Source: Berkelbacteria bacterium GW2011_GWE1_39_12
GTDB lineage: Bacteria; Patescibacteriota; UBA1384; UBA12157
Length of the DNA: 64,000 bases
Assembly (NCBI GenBank): GCA_001029735.1
Contig: CP011213.1
Span: 11,709 to 75,708 of the forward strand
Reading direction: 5' to 3'
Shown here: positions 1 through 9,740 of the stretch, piece by piece
Numbering within the stretch: position 1 is the first letter of the stretch
Layout: the number at the start of each line of letters is the position of its first letter
Made by a program: the position numbers and the translations under genes
The notes under the pieces: generated by a model
What the model was told of the DNA's origin: nothing
What the model saw: only the letters and a program-made list of their open reading frames with translations
Database searches by the model: none

Positions 1-95
1 ACCAAATATATTATCAAAAAACGTCCAATTTGTCAAGGGCAAAGTATCTTGATACAATCAGGTTGAGAGAACTATCTAAACCTTAAGGAGTTAAA

Positions 96-1349
96 ATGTC
101 AGACGAAAAATCAGATAAAATAAAATGCCCTAAATGCGGTTGCGATATTCCTGTAACTGAAGTACTTCAGCACAGAATGGTTGAGCAAGTCACGGCCGAA
201 GTTGAAAAACGGGTTAAAAATGAGAAGGAAAAGATAGAAGAAGAACTGAAAGAAAGCTTAGGCAAGGAACAAGCCAATAATCTAAAAGTACTCAAAGAAA
301 AGCTTGATATTGAAGCCAAAAAGAGGGTGGAAGCGGAAAACAAAGAACTCGAATTTATTAAAAAACAGACAGAGATGGAAGAAAATATTCGAAGAAAAGA
401 TATCGAAATTGCAACCAAACTCCAGGAAGAACGTAAGCTGATTATTGAAAAAACTCAAAATGAAATTGAAGAAAAATTTAGCTTGCAAACTGCTGAAATG
501 CGAAAGCAATTAGAAGATACTAAAAAAGCGCTGACCGAAGCCCAAAGAAAAGCACAGCAAGGTTCCATGCAAACTCAGGGTGAAGTGATGGAGTTGGCCT
601 TGGAAGAGCTTCTAAAGCAAAGGTTTCCTCACGATGCGATTGAACCGGTACCAAAAGGCATTAATGGCGCAGATATTATTCAAAGAGTTTTTTCTGACTT
701 TGGCGCTGAATGCGGCTCGATTGTTTGGGAATCGAAACAAACTAAAGCTTGGACGGAAGATTGGGTGCAAAAATTAAAGGATGATGGCCGTAATATTAAG
801 GGCAGCTTGCTAATTTTAGTTTCGGAAGTTTTGCCGAAAGATATTAAAAACTTTGGTCTTTATAAAGGAATTTGGGTTTGTAATTTTCCATCCATAATCG
901 GGCTAACGACAGCTCTTAGATCACAATTAATATCGATCAGTAAAATTACCGCTTCACAAAGCGGCAAAGAAGAAAAAAAAGATATTTTGTATGACTATTT
1001 ATGCAGTCAAAACTTTGCCAATCGCATTTCTGCTATCGGCGAAAATTTTATCGCCATGAAAACTAATTTAGATAAAGAAAAAATCGCTATGAATAAAATC
1101 TGGTCATCACGCGAAACACAAATAAATCGCATGATGGAAAATACGGCTAAAATGTATGGGGAGATTCAGGGTATCGCCGGAAACCAGCTGCCGGAACTGG
1201 AAGTTTTGGAACTAGAATCAGCAGCAGGGGAAATTGAACCTGCCCGCAATGCTTCCAGCATAGCTGTTGCAGGCGGGACGCCTGCAACTCCAAAAGAACC
1301 AAAGAAAAAAGAAATTAAAATTGATGAGAGTCAAGCGGGGTTATTTTAA
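96..1349 (+). CDS. DUF2130-family coiled-coil protein
   Basis: N-terminal CPKC knuckle, long coiled coil, GSMQTQGEVMELALEELL...FPHD..EPVPKG..GADI and WESKQTKAW motifs; SD aaggag. Confidence 0.85.
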   Translation: MSDEKSDKIKCPKCGCDIPVTEVLQHRMVEQVTAEVEKRVKNEKEKIEEELKESLGKEQANNLKVLKEKLDIEAKKRVEAENKELEFIKKQTEMEENIRRKDIEIATKLQEERKLIIEKTQNEIEEKFSLQTAEMRKQLEDTKKALTEAQRKAQQGSMQTQGEVMELALEELLKQRFPHDAIEPVPKGINGADIIQRVFSDFGAECGSIVWESKQTKAWTEDWVQKLKDDGRNIKGSLLILVSEVLPKDIKNFGLYKGIWVCNFPSIIGLTTALRSQLISISKITASQSGKEEKKDILYDYLCSQNFANRISAIGENFIAMKTNLDKEKIAMNKIWSSRETQINRMMENTAKMYGEIQGIAGNQLPELEVLELESAAGEIEPARNASSIAVAGGTPATPKEPKKKEIKIDESQAGLF

Positions 1350-1372
1350 AAAGGACAAGATTGTTTCTTGCC

Positions 1373-1795
1373 CTAAAGTTGTGTTAAAACTTCATTGTAG
1401 CGATCCGGGTATCGCTTCAGTAGAAAATCCTTAACTGCGACTTTACTACCAAATACTTTATGAAAAGAATCGCTCATCACACAGCCGCCTAAAAGCACTG
1501 AGTGATATTTTCTTTCGATATAAGAGCAGATATCGGATAAGTCATCGAGAATCCCCTCTGATTCCATCTCCTTTGGCGGATCAATATGCAACTCTTCCTG
1601 CCGTCCCGAACCGTCAAGTAGAAGAATAGTAATGTCACTATTCGTTAAATCAGGAAATTCTTTGATACAAATTGCATCTGGAAATCTTTCTGAAATAACG
1701 TCGTCCATTGTAAAGCCTCGGTCAGCGACACATCTGGAACGATACAAGACAACCACTTCAGACCCCAACCTTTTATACTCCAAGTCTCTTTCCAT
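1373..1795 (-). CDS. hypothetical protein (counter-oriented orphan)
   Basis: ORF with ggagg SD 5 nt before ATG at 1795 (track starts at 1807); hairpin at about 1352-1374. Confidence 0.6.
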   Translation of the reverse strand: MERDLEYKRLGSEVVVLYRSRCVADRGFTMDDVISERFPDAICIKEFPDLTNSDITILLLDGSGRQEELHIDPPKEMESEGILDDLSDICSYIERKYHSVLLGGCVMSDSFHKVFGSKVAVKDFLLKRYPDRYNEVLTQL

Positions 1796-1900
1796 ACTAT
1801 CCTCCACAACCGTAAATTCGATACAGTTATACTAGCAGATCAAAAATCTGAAGTCAAAAAAATAAAGACTGATCATGATTAAAAATGGGAGCAGAAGACA

Positions 1901-4900
1901 ATGCTTTCTAAAAAATTTATAACTGAATATCAAAAACTGAATCCAAAGCAAAGAGAAGCCGTCGATACGATCGAAGGGCCGGTCATGATTATTGCCGGGC
2001 CGGGGACAGGTAAGACGCAAATCTTAGCGATGAGAATTGCGAATATTTTAGCGAACGCACAAGTTAATCCTTCAAATATTTTGGCGCTAACATTTACCAA
2101 CTCAGGCGCTTACGCTATGAGGAAAAGATTATTGGAAATTGTGGGGCCAAGTAGCTACGCCATTTCTATTCATACGTTTCACTCTTTTTGCAATGAAATT
2201 ATTAATACTTTTCCGGAAAAATTTTTAACAGCCAGACGCTTAAATCAACTGACCGATTTAGAACAAATTCTATATATTCAAAGCATTTTAGATAAAAACA
2301 ATTTCAAAACTATTAAACCTTTAAAAAGTCCTTATTTATATCAAAAGGCAATTTTGGATTCGATTAATAAATTAAAACAAGAAAATATCGATCCAAAAAA
2401 ATTTGAGGAAAAAATCGAGCAAGAACTAATTGATTTTAAAACTATCGATGATCTCTATCACGATAAAGGCGCATACAAAGGCGAAATGAAAGGCAAATAC
2501 AAAGACGAGCTCAGCTCATTAGAGCGCAATAAAGAACTAGCAAAAGTTTACAAAGATTACCAAAAGATTTTAAGCGATGAAGGTAAATACGATTATGCCG
2601 ACATGATTCTTTTTGTTTTAGGCGCCTTTAAAAAAGAAAAAGATATCTTAAGTTATTATCAAGAAAAGTATCAATATATTTTAGTCGATGAATTTCAAGA
2701 CACTAACACGGCCCAGAACGAAATTGTGCGATCTTTGGGCAGCTTTTATGAAAGCCCGAACATTTTTGCTGTTGGCGACGATGAGCAATCAGTCTTCCGT
2801 TTTCAAGGTGCCTCTTTAGAAAACATTTTATTCTTTTCTAAAACTTATCCAGAAGCTAAAGTGATCATTTTAGAAGATAATTACAGATCAACTCAAGACA
2901 TATTAGATTTATCGCGAGCGCTAATTTCTAATAACCAAAATCAAATTGCCGGGCATTTAAAAGTTAGTAAAAAGTTAAAAAGTAATTTAACTTCAAAAGG
3001 AAAAATATACTTAGCAGAATTTAAAAATGTCGCCACAGAAAACTTTTTTATTGCTTCAGAAATTAAGGATCTAATAGAAAAGGGGACCGATCCGAACGAG
3101 ATTGCGGTTTTATATAAACAACATAGCGACGTTGAAGATTTAACTGAAAACTTAGCGCGTTTGAAAGTGCCATATAAATTGGAAGTCGGTGGAAATATTC
3201 TCGACGATCCGGAAATTCAAAAGATTATTAATTATTTAAAAATTTTAGACATTAAAAAGCCTAACGATTTATTATTTTTTGAAGTATTAAGTTATGACTT
3301 CTTTAATATTCCACCAATCGAGATTTACAAACTATCGAGAAAAGCGAGTAAAGAAAGGGAAAGTATAGTCGATACAATACTGTCGGAAAACAAGCTTTCA
3401 GAACCAATCAAAAAGTTTTTTAGCACCTTACTTGACTTGCAACACTTTGCTCAAAATAACACTTTCGCTAGCACTTTCGAATATTTAATTAACAATACGG
3501 GTTATTTAGATTATCTATTGAAAAAAGAAGATACAGTTCACCATTTAAACCGGTTGCAAATTTTTTATGAAGAAATTAAAAAATTGAATGTCAGACAGAA
3601 AGATTTAAATATTGCTGGGTTTTTGAAATACTTAGACAGCCTTACAGAAAATGAATTAAAAATAAAAGATAGGGAAGTCGAAGCAGATTTTGCCGGCGTA
3701 AATTTAATGACGGCGCATAAATCTAAAGGTTTAGAATTTGAAAATGTTTTCATTTTTAAATTAATCGACAAACACTGGGGTAATAAAACAAAACGGGAAT
3801 TAATTAAATTGCCCGGCAATATTTTATCAATTCAGCAAAACAATGACTTGTCCAGCGAAGCCTTGGCGGAGTTGGAAGAGGAAAGACGATTATTCTATGT
3901 TGCACTAACCAGAGCCAAAAAGAATATTTATCTTTCTTTCGCTGATGATTACGGCGATCAAGAAAGTTCAAAGTTTGCAGTTCCATCACAATTTCTTACT
4001 GAATTACCAAATGAAAAGATATTGAAATTGGAAACAGCTAAGTATGAAAAAGAAAGTGTTAAGAGATTGGCATTGGCGTTTCAAAATGACAAATGGCACC
4101 CTGGCAAAGCACTGAAGGAGTTTATTAAGCAAATCGTTGAAGATTTTTCTCTATCGGCAACTTCGCTTAACTCATATATCAACTGTCCAAAACAATTTTT
4201 CCTAGATCATATTATTCGCGTCCCTAAGGCCAAAGATTTTAGCCAAAGCTATGGGACAGCTGTTCATAAAGCGATGGAAAATCTATTTCTCATTCAAATA
4301 CGCGATGGCAAGTTAGCAACGAAATCAGATTTTGTAAAATTTTATGTTAACGCATTAGACGAGGAAATACTGACACCGGCAGAAATACAAAGAGCCAAAA
4401 ACGATGGTACAGAAATATTAGAAAAGTATTACGATTTCTACAAAGAAGAAATGATTAAAAAAGGACCGCCGATTTCTTGTGAGTACAATTTTTCTTCCCA
4501 TAATGTTCATTTTGATAATATACCGATCACGGGTAAAATTGATAAGATTGAAATGATAAACAGCATTGGTAATACTGTCAGAATTATCGATTACAAAACC
4601 AGCCAACCAAAAACAGTTAATGATCTTTTGGGGCAAACGAAGACTAGTGATAAATCATATTTGTATCAAGCGTTTTTTTATAAACTCTTGGCTGAATACG
4701 ACACATCGTTTAAGTGGAAAATTGCCGAAATAGAATTTGATTTTATTCAACCAGAAAAGGGAAGATTTAAAAAGATTAAAATTCCAATTGAGGAAGAAGA
4801 ATATAAAAAATTTAAAGAGCTGGTTTCCAAATCTTATAGCGAAATCAAAAAATTGAATTTTGATACCAATAAAAAATCGTGTAAAGCCAAACGCGAATGT

Positions 4901-4924
4901 GATTATATAAATATTTGTAATTAA
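1901..4924 (+). CDS. UvrD/PcrA-like SF1A helicase fused to C-terminal PD-(D/E)XK nuclease (AdnAB/AddAB-like)
   Basis: Q motif LNPKQ, AGPGTGKT, LVDEFQD, VGDDEQS, MTAHKSKGLEF, EERRLFYVALTRAK; C-terminal GKIDKI..IIDYKT and four Cys (NCPKQ...SC.....C.....C). Confidence 0.9.
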   Translation: MLSKKFITEYQKLNPKQREAVDTIEGPVMIIAGPGTGKTQILAMRIANILANAQVNPSNILALTFTNSGAYAMRKRLLEIVGPSSYAISIHTFHSFCNEIINTFPEKFLTARRLNQLTDLEQILYIQSILDKNNFKTIKPLKSPYLYQKAILDSINKLKQENIDPKKFEEKIEQELIDFKTIDDLYHDKGAYKGEMKGKYKDELSSLERNKELAKVYKDYQKILSDEGKYDYADMILFVLGAFKKEKDILSYYQEKYQYILVDEFQDTNTAQNEIVRSLGSFYESPNIFAVGDDEQSVFRFQGASLENILFFSKTYPEAKVIILEDNYRSTQDILDLSRALISNNQNQIAGHLKVSKKLKSNLTSKGKIYLAEFKNVATENFFIASEIKDLIEKGTDPNEIAVLYKQHSDVEDLTENLARLKVPYKLEVGGNILDDPEIQKIINYLKILDIKKPNDLLFFEVLSYDFFNIPPIEIYKLSRKASKERESIVDTILSENKLSEPIKKFFSTLLDLQHFAQNNTFASTFEYLINNTGYLDYLLKKEDTVHHLNRLQIFYEEIKKLNVRQKDLNIAGFLKYLDSLTENELKIKDREVEADFAGVNLMTAHKSKGLEFENVFIFKLIDKHWGNKTKRELIKLPGNILSIQQNNDLSSEALAELEEERRLFYVALTRAKKNIYLSFADDYGDQESSKFAVPSQFLTELPNEKILKLETAKYEKESVKRLALAFQNDKWHPGKALKEFIKQIVEDFSLSATSLNSYINCPKQFFLDHIIRVPKAKDFSQSYGTAVHKAMENLFLIQIRDGKLATKSDFVKFYVNALDEEILTPAEIQRAKNDGTEILEKYYDFYKEEMIKKGPPISCEYNFSSHNVHFDNIPITGKIDKIEMINSIGNTVRIIDYKTSQPKTVNDLLGQTKTSDKSYLYQAFFYKLLAEYDTSFKWKIAEIEFDFIQPEKGRFKKIKIPIEEEEYKKFKELVSKSYSEIKKLNFDTNKKSCKAKRECDYINICN

Positions 4925-4957
4925 AAAAGGCTGAAGTTTTACCTCAGCCTCAAAACA

Positions 4958-6085
4958 TTAGTCCTTTAATGGACCGCATTTCGGGTCTTCCGACCCGTGG
5001 AAAACACCAGCCAGTTCTGATCTATTTGAGTAACCAGGCGTAGCGTCGCTCAGCAATGGCCACCCATTGCCGATTCTTGCCCATATCTCGTCCCAGCTGC
5101 GAACGGCGCTCAACGGATCAAGCGCTTCGACGCTACATGAGCTAGCACCATTGGCGAACTGAAGACAAAGTTCAGGTGAAAGCCCCTGTAACATTGCGGT
5201 CAGGAAACCGGCGATCGAGACATCGCCACTACCGTTGGCACTGCCAAAGGTTTCTTCTTTGAAGGGAATACTAATGATTTCTCGTTCCAGCCAGTCATCG
5301 GAGTCTCCGATTACCGAATCTTTAGCTGTTCGCAGGTAAAGACCTTTCGTACCGAGCTTCAACATGACGGCGCCACAACCCCATTCGAGGAACTTATTCG
5401 CCATCATGCCCCAACCATGGTGACCGGTATCATACCTGGCAAAGCACGGCATAATCGACACCATTTCACCAAAACTAGGTGTAAAGATATCGACAAAGGG
5501 CAGTACCTTCCTCAGAATCTTTTCCCAGTCTTGCTTTGCCGTTTCTGAGCGAGGATCGACTTGGACCATGTCCATTGAGATTGTTTTTCCCATACTCTTG
5601 AGTCGACTCAGCATAATGACCGCGTCTCTGCCGTCATCACTATATAAAGCCTTCATGATCGGCAGATAACCGAAATGCACATGATCAATACCAGTTAGCA
5701 AGGCGTAAGGCACATCATCAGCAGTAAAAGTGTCATTGCAGCCGGGACAGTGTAGGAAAGAACGATCACCCTTCGCCGGTACAAGAACAATACTAAACGA
5801 CGTAGGATCCATAGAGTCGATGATGCAACATTCGACATTTGGTTTGTAAGCGTAGAGACCGCGAAGTTGATCGCCAAAAAGGTCTTGACCGATCTTACAA
5901 ACCAGAGTCGTGCCGATACCGATCTTCGCCGCGGCAAGTCCCGTGTTCGAGACAACACCGCCAGCCGACCAAATCGGCGGCTCAACAATCGAGAGTTTGC
6001 CGTGTCGTGGGACCTGGCCAATAATCCTCGGCGTAATATCCAAGCACGCATGCCCTAGCACGGCTAATCGCTTTTTCAAACGCAT
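4958..6085 (-). CDS. PfkB/ribokinase-family carbohydrate kinase
   Basis: AGGVVSNTG, KIGQDLFG and anion-hole NGSGD...AGF motifs; SD gaggagg; higher GC than neighbours. Confidence 0.85.
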   Translation of the reverse strand: MRLKKRLAVLGHACLDITPRIIGQVPRHGKLSIVEPPIWSAGGVVSNTGLAAAKIGIGTTLVCKIGQDLFGDQLRGLYAYKPNVECCIIDSMDPTSFSIVLVPAKGDRSFLHCPGCNDTFTADDVPYALLTGIDHVHFGYLPIMKALYSDDGRDAVIMLSRLKSMGKTISMDMVQVDPRSETAKQDWEKILRKVLPFVDIFTPSFGEMVSIMPCFARYDTGHHGWGMMANKFLEWGCGAVMLKLGTKGLYLRTAKDSVIGDSDDWLEREIISIPFKEETFGSANGSGDVSIAGFLTAMLQGLSPELCLQFANGASSCSVEALDPLSAVRSWDEIWARIGNGWPLLSDATPGYSNRSELAGVFHGSEDPKCGPLKD

Positions 6086-6159
6086 TGATACTTCCTCCTC
6101 GTATTTTTCAGGTTCCTAAAACAATTGCATTATAGAGTAAAGCGAGAGCTAAATCAACA

Positions 6160-6885
6160 CTAGATTATTTGATTACTAGCCTTGATCGACACTTCGATAA
6201 TATCAACAGCTTCTCGACGAGTTAAAATAAACAAAATGAGTTCGGCAACATCTTCTGGCTTTAAGATTTTATGCGCTTGATGATAGGCAATCCTATCTTT
6301 TTCGGACATAGTTATGAGATTTGTATCAACAAGACCCGGTTCGATTAAACTTACCTTTATATCATTTATCGCTGGCGATTTTCTCAAAGCTCTGGAAAAA
6401 CCCTCGACTCCAGATTTTTGCGCTACATAGACATCACTACCACCATCGTAAGTGGCGGCCGACATCGAACCTATATTTATAATATGTGCCGACCTGTTTT
6501 GTACCATTCTCTCGTATGCCATTTTTGCACAGCGAAGGTATCCAATAAGATTGGTGGATGTAGTGTAATCAATATCTTCTTCTGAAGTGTTCGTAATCGA
6601 ATCGGCCGGAAGACCCGCATTATTGATCAATATATCGAGCCTACCGAAATTATCATCGATAAATTGAAAAACGCGTTGTAAGTCGTCAAAATTAGTTACG
6701 TCCGCTTTTACGACGTAAATGTTTTCTGAAATTTTATGTAAATCGGTAAGTGCTTTTTCCAATTTTGTTTCATCGCGAGCAAAAATTACAACCGTGGCTC
6801 TTTGCTCTAAAAGAAGCTTTGCAGTTGCAAAACCAATTCCACTCGAACCACCACTAATTAAAATAATCTTATTTTTTATTTCCAT
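6160..6885 (-). CDS. short-chain dehydrogenase/reductase (SDR)
   Basis: SGGSSGIG, LDILINNAG, YVAQK (YxxxK), IEPGLVDT. Confidence 0.92.
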   Translation of the reverse strand: MEIKNKIILISGGSSGIGFATAKLLLEQRATVVIFARDETKLEKALTDLHKISENIYVVKADVTNFDDLQRVFQFIDDNFGRLDILINNAGLPADSITNTSEEDIDYTTSTNLIGYLRCAKMAYERMVQNRSAHIINIGSMSAATYDGGSDVYVAQKSGVEGFSRALRKSPAINDIKVSLIEPGLVDTNLITMSEKDRIAYHQAHKILKPEDVAELILFILTRREAVDIIEVSIKASNQII

Positions 6886-6947
6886 GTGTTTATGCTAACA
6901 AATATATACTAAATAAGGTTTATAAGTTTTAACAACTCCTGCTCTGC

Positions 6948-6975
6948 TTGACAAATAATTCTATTAGTTTACTAT
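6948..6975 (+). promoter_or_regulatory. sigma70-type promoter of candidate ncRNA A
   Basis: TTGACA (6948-53), 16 nt spacer, TACTAT (6970-75). Confidence 0.55.
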
Positions 6976-6981
6976 CGTAGA

Positions 6982-7181
6982 TACGAGAGCCCTCTCCGGT
7001 ACACAGGCGAATTATATTAACTCGTTTGGTTGTAACCGGATTAGCTCTGAGAGGCCTGGGCGCAAGATTAGTTGTTGTAATATCCCAGAGGGAGTTACTT
7101 TGTCTGAGTCTTGCCATAAACCCAGCCTCTGATATTATTTGTCCATTTAAAAAAACAGCCATAAAACTACGGCTGTTTTTT
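6982..7181 (+). ncRNA. candidate structured ncRNA A (two long hairpins plus terminator)
   Basis: Nested GC-rich stems with G-U pairs at 6986-7048 and 7050-7130; promoter upstream, terminator downstream; no credible ORF. Confidence 0.55.
7149..7181. terminator. bidirectional intrinsic terminator
   Basis: aaaaaaacagcc-ataaaactac-ggctgtttttt. Confidence 0.75.
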
Positions 7182-7198
7182 GAAAAAATAATAGGGGT

Positions 7199-7492
7199 CT
7201 ACTTTCTACCGCCAATAGCGTAGAAGTTCAGGGCGCCTATCAACGCGCCGGTGAAAACTACACCACCGATCTGCGCCAAGCCGAGCCATTTCTCGGCGAA
7301 CGGATGCTGGATCAGATACCACTGTTCTACCAAGATGTAGCCTACAACAGAACAAAGGCCTCCAGCAATAGCACCGAAGAGGATACCCACCATATCATTG
7401 GTGGCCAGTCGACTAGCGATTCCAGAAAACAGAATCAAAAAAACTGCGAACCCGAGGCAGCCTGCGACTGACTGAAGCGCTGAAAGTTCCAC
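7199..7492 (-). CDS. small membrane protein (about 3 TM helices)
   Basis: GTG start with aaaggag SD; three hydrophobic segments; own promoter. Confidence 0.7.
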   Translation of the reverse strand: MELSALQSVAGCLGFAVFLILFSGIASRLATNDMVGILFGAIAGGLCSVVGYILVEQWYLIQHPFAEKWLGLAQIGGVVFTGALIGALNFYAIGGRK

Positions 7493-7539
7493 GATAAGTC
7501 TCCTTTGAGATGTATTTTTGGTCTACGATGGAACGATCA

Positions 7540-7568
7540 GTTATACCATAAAAAGTAACCTTTGTCAA
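7540..7568 (-). promoter_or_regulatory. sigma70 promoter
   Basis: TTGACA, 17 nt spacer, TATAAC with extended -10 TG on the minus strand. Confidence 0.65.
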
Positions 7569-7596
7569 GAGAAAGAAAAGCTGATAAGATGTAAAT

Positions 7597-8439
7597 ATGA
7601 AGAAAGACGAAATTTTAATTTACCTTCTTGTTGGTTTAATTGTGATTTTTTTGATTAGCTTGGGATATTTTACCTGGCAAAAAAGAAATGTAAAAACAGT
7701 AGCTGCAAATACTTCGGCTGTAGTTAAACCGATTGATATTTTGCCCGAAGTTGGCAAAACAACAAAATATGATGTCCCGGTTTTGATGTATCATTATGTT
7801 CGCATCGCCCCAGAAGGCGACACATTAGGTAAAAATTTGTCTGTTACCCCTCAAAATTTTGTCGATCAAATGGCTTGGCTAAAACAAAATAATTACGCCA
7901 CAATTAAAGTTTCTGACTTAGCCGATCCAAATAAAAAAGAAATTTCTAAAATAATAGCAGAAAACAAAAAACCGATTGCTGTTACTTTTGATGACGGATA
8001 CGAAGATGCTTATATTGCCGCGTACCCCGCTTTACAAAAAGAAGGATTCATTGGCACTTTCTACATTATTCGTGATTTTATCGGTAGGCCTGGATATATG
8101 AACCAAAATCAAATTAACGAATTAGATTTTATCGGTAACGAAATTGGCTCACATACTTTGAGTCATTTAGATTTATCAAAAAATTCAGAAGAAGTTCAAC
8201 AAAAACAAATAGAAGATTCTAAACAGTCGGCAATGTCTTTTTGCTATCCTTCTGGTAAATATAATGAAACGACCGTCAATCTAGTAAAAGAAGCCGGCTA
8301 TACCACTGCCGTGACGACAAAATCTGGAATTGTGAATCAGGATTCCAATCTGTTAGAACTAAAGCGGGTTAGGGTGAATGACGGAAACGCAGAATCATTA
8401 AGGCTAGCAATTGAAAAGGCTTACTCAAATGGAAATTAA
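7597..8439 (+). CDS. membrane-anchored polysaccharide deacetylase (CE4/NodB)
   Basis: N-terminal TM, VPVLMYH, TFDDG, GSHTLSH, FCYPSG. Confidence 0.92.
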   Translation: MKKDEILIYLLVGLIVIFLISLGYFTWQKRNVKTVAANTSAVVKPIDILPEVGKTTKYDVPVLMYHYVRIAPEGDTLGKNLSVTPQNFVDQMAWLKQNNYATIKVSDLADPNKKEISKIIAENKKPIAVTFDDGYEDAYIAAYPALQKEGFIGTFYIIRDFIGRPGYMNQNQINELDFIGNEIGSHTLSHLDLSKNSEEVQQKQIEDSKQSAMSFCYPSGKYNETTVNLVKEAGYTTAVTTKSGIVNQDSNLLELKRVRVNDGNAESLRLAIEKAYSNGN

Positions 8440-9160
8440 AATCATTTTCGAAAACGAAAATTTAATTGTGGTGGAAAAGCCAGCTGGAGTTTTAGTGCAT
8501 CCGACTCAAGCCAACGAAGAAAATGCATTAACCAAATGGTTAATCGATAAATATCCAAACACTAATACTCTAAATTGGCCGGATAAATCACGGCCAGGCA
8601 TCGTCCATCGTTTAGATAAAGATACTTCTGGCGTAATTGTTTTGGCAAAAAATTCGGGAACCTTAGAAAAGTTACAAACTCAATTCAAAGAGCGAGAAGT
8701 ACAGAAAACTTATACCGCTTTAGTCTTTGGCAATTTACAAAAAGAGGGGAGAGTGGAAGCGGATATCACTCGCGGCGCTGCCGGCTTACAAAAAGTAATG
8801 GACGCAACTTATTCATTTAGCCAAAAAACTAGATCCGCGATTACAGATTATAAACCACTCGAACACTACAAATATAAAAAAGATGACCTAACTCTAGTTG
8901 AAGTAAAACCAAAGACGGGGCGAATGCACCAAATTCGCGTTCATTTAAAATACATTGGCTTTCCGATAATTGGCGATCAGCTATACAACATAAAGCCGAG
9001 CAAACGGATTTCCAAAGAACTAGATATTTATAGGCAATTTCTGCACGCCTCAAAATTGCAAATAAATGATCCTCAAACCGATGAAAAAATGGTTTTCGAG
9101 TCCCAATTAACAGATGACCTACAAGAAATATTAAATAAGTTAAGGAAGACTGATGAATAA
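8429..9160 (+). CDS. RluA/RluD-family pseudouridine synthase
   Basis: KPAGVLVHP, HRLDKDTSG, KTGRMHQIRVH, GDQLY; ATG at 8429 preferred. Confidence 0.93.
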   Translation: MEIKIIFENENLIVVEKPAGVLVHPTQANEENALTKWLIDKYPNTNTLNWPDKSRPGIVHRLDKDTSGVIVLAKNSGTLEKLQTQFKEREVQKTYTALVFGNLQKEGRVEADITRGAAGLQKVMDATYSFSQKTRSAITDYKPLEHYKYKKDDLTLVEVKPKTGRMHQIRVHLKYIGFPIIGDQLYNIKPSKRISKELDIYRQFLHASKLQINDPQTDEKMVFESQLTDDLQEILNKLRKTDE

Positions 9161-9740
9161 AGGAAAACTTTTTATACTGTCCGGACAATCGGGAGTAGGG
9201 AAAAATACCATTGCCAAACAAATGTTAGAAAACCTGGACCTTGTTAAGATTATCACCTGCACAACTAGAGATCCAAGGCCTGACGAAATTGATGGTAAAG
9301 ATTATTTTTTTCTGACCGAAGAAGATTTTGCTGATAAAATCGGAAATAATTATTTTTTGGAATACGCCAAAGTTCATAACTGGCACTATGGCACGCCAAA
9401 AGAGCAAGCGGAAAACCTTTTAAATGACGGAAAAAATATTTTAATGGTGATTGATGTTCAGGGCGGAGTTCAGATCAAGGAAAAAATGCCAGAGGCAAGA
9501 TTAATATTTGTTAAATATACAGACGGAAAACTTGAGGATCAAATTAGGAATAGAATGAAAAACGATAGCTCAAGAAAAGAACTAACAGAAGAAGAAATTT
9601 TAAAAAGAATTGAATCGGCAAAAAAAGAAGCCAGCTATATTCAAGACTATGATTATGCTGTTACAAATCCAGATGGACAACCAGAAAAGGCGATTGAAGA
9701 AATAGGGGGAATAATTAGCAAGGAAATAAATGAAAATTAA
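9153..9740 (+). CDS. gmk: guanylate kinase
   Basis: LSGQSGVGK, TTRDPRPDEIDGKDYFF, YGTP, IDVQG. Confidence 0.95.
   Translation: MNKGKLFILSGQSGVGKNTIAKQMLENLDLVKIITCTTRDPRPDEIDGKDYFFLTEEDFADKIGNNYFLEYAKVHNWHYGTPKEQAENLLNDGKNILMVIDVQGGVQIKEKMPEARLIFVKYTDGKLEDQIRNRMKNDSSRKELTEEEILKRIESAKKEASYIQDYDYAVTNPDGQPEKAIEEIGGIISKEINEN

Noticed and set aside
6929-7223. ORFs 6929-7162 (-) and 7026-7223 (+)
   Set aside because: No SD, no recognisable protein features, and the + ORF runs through a terminator; the region is better explained as structured RNA.
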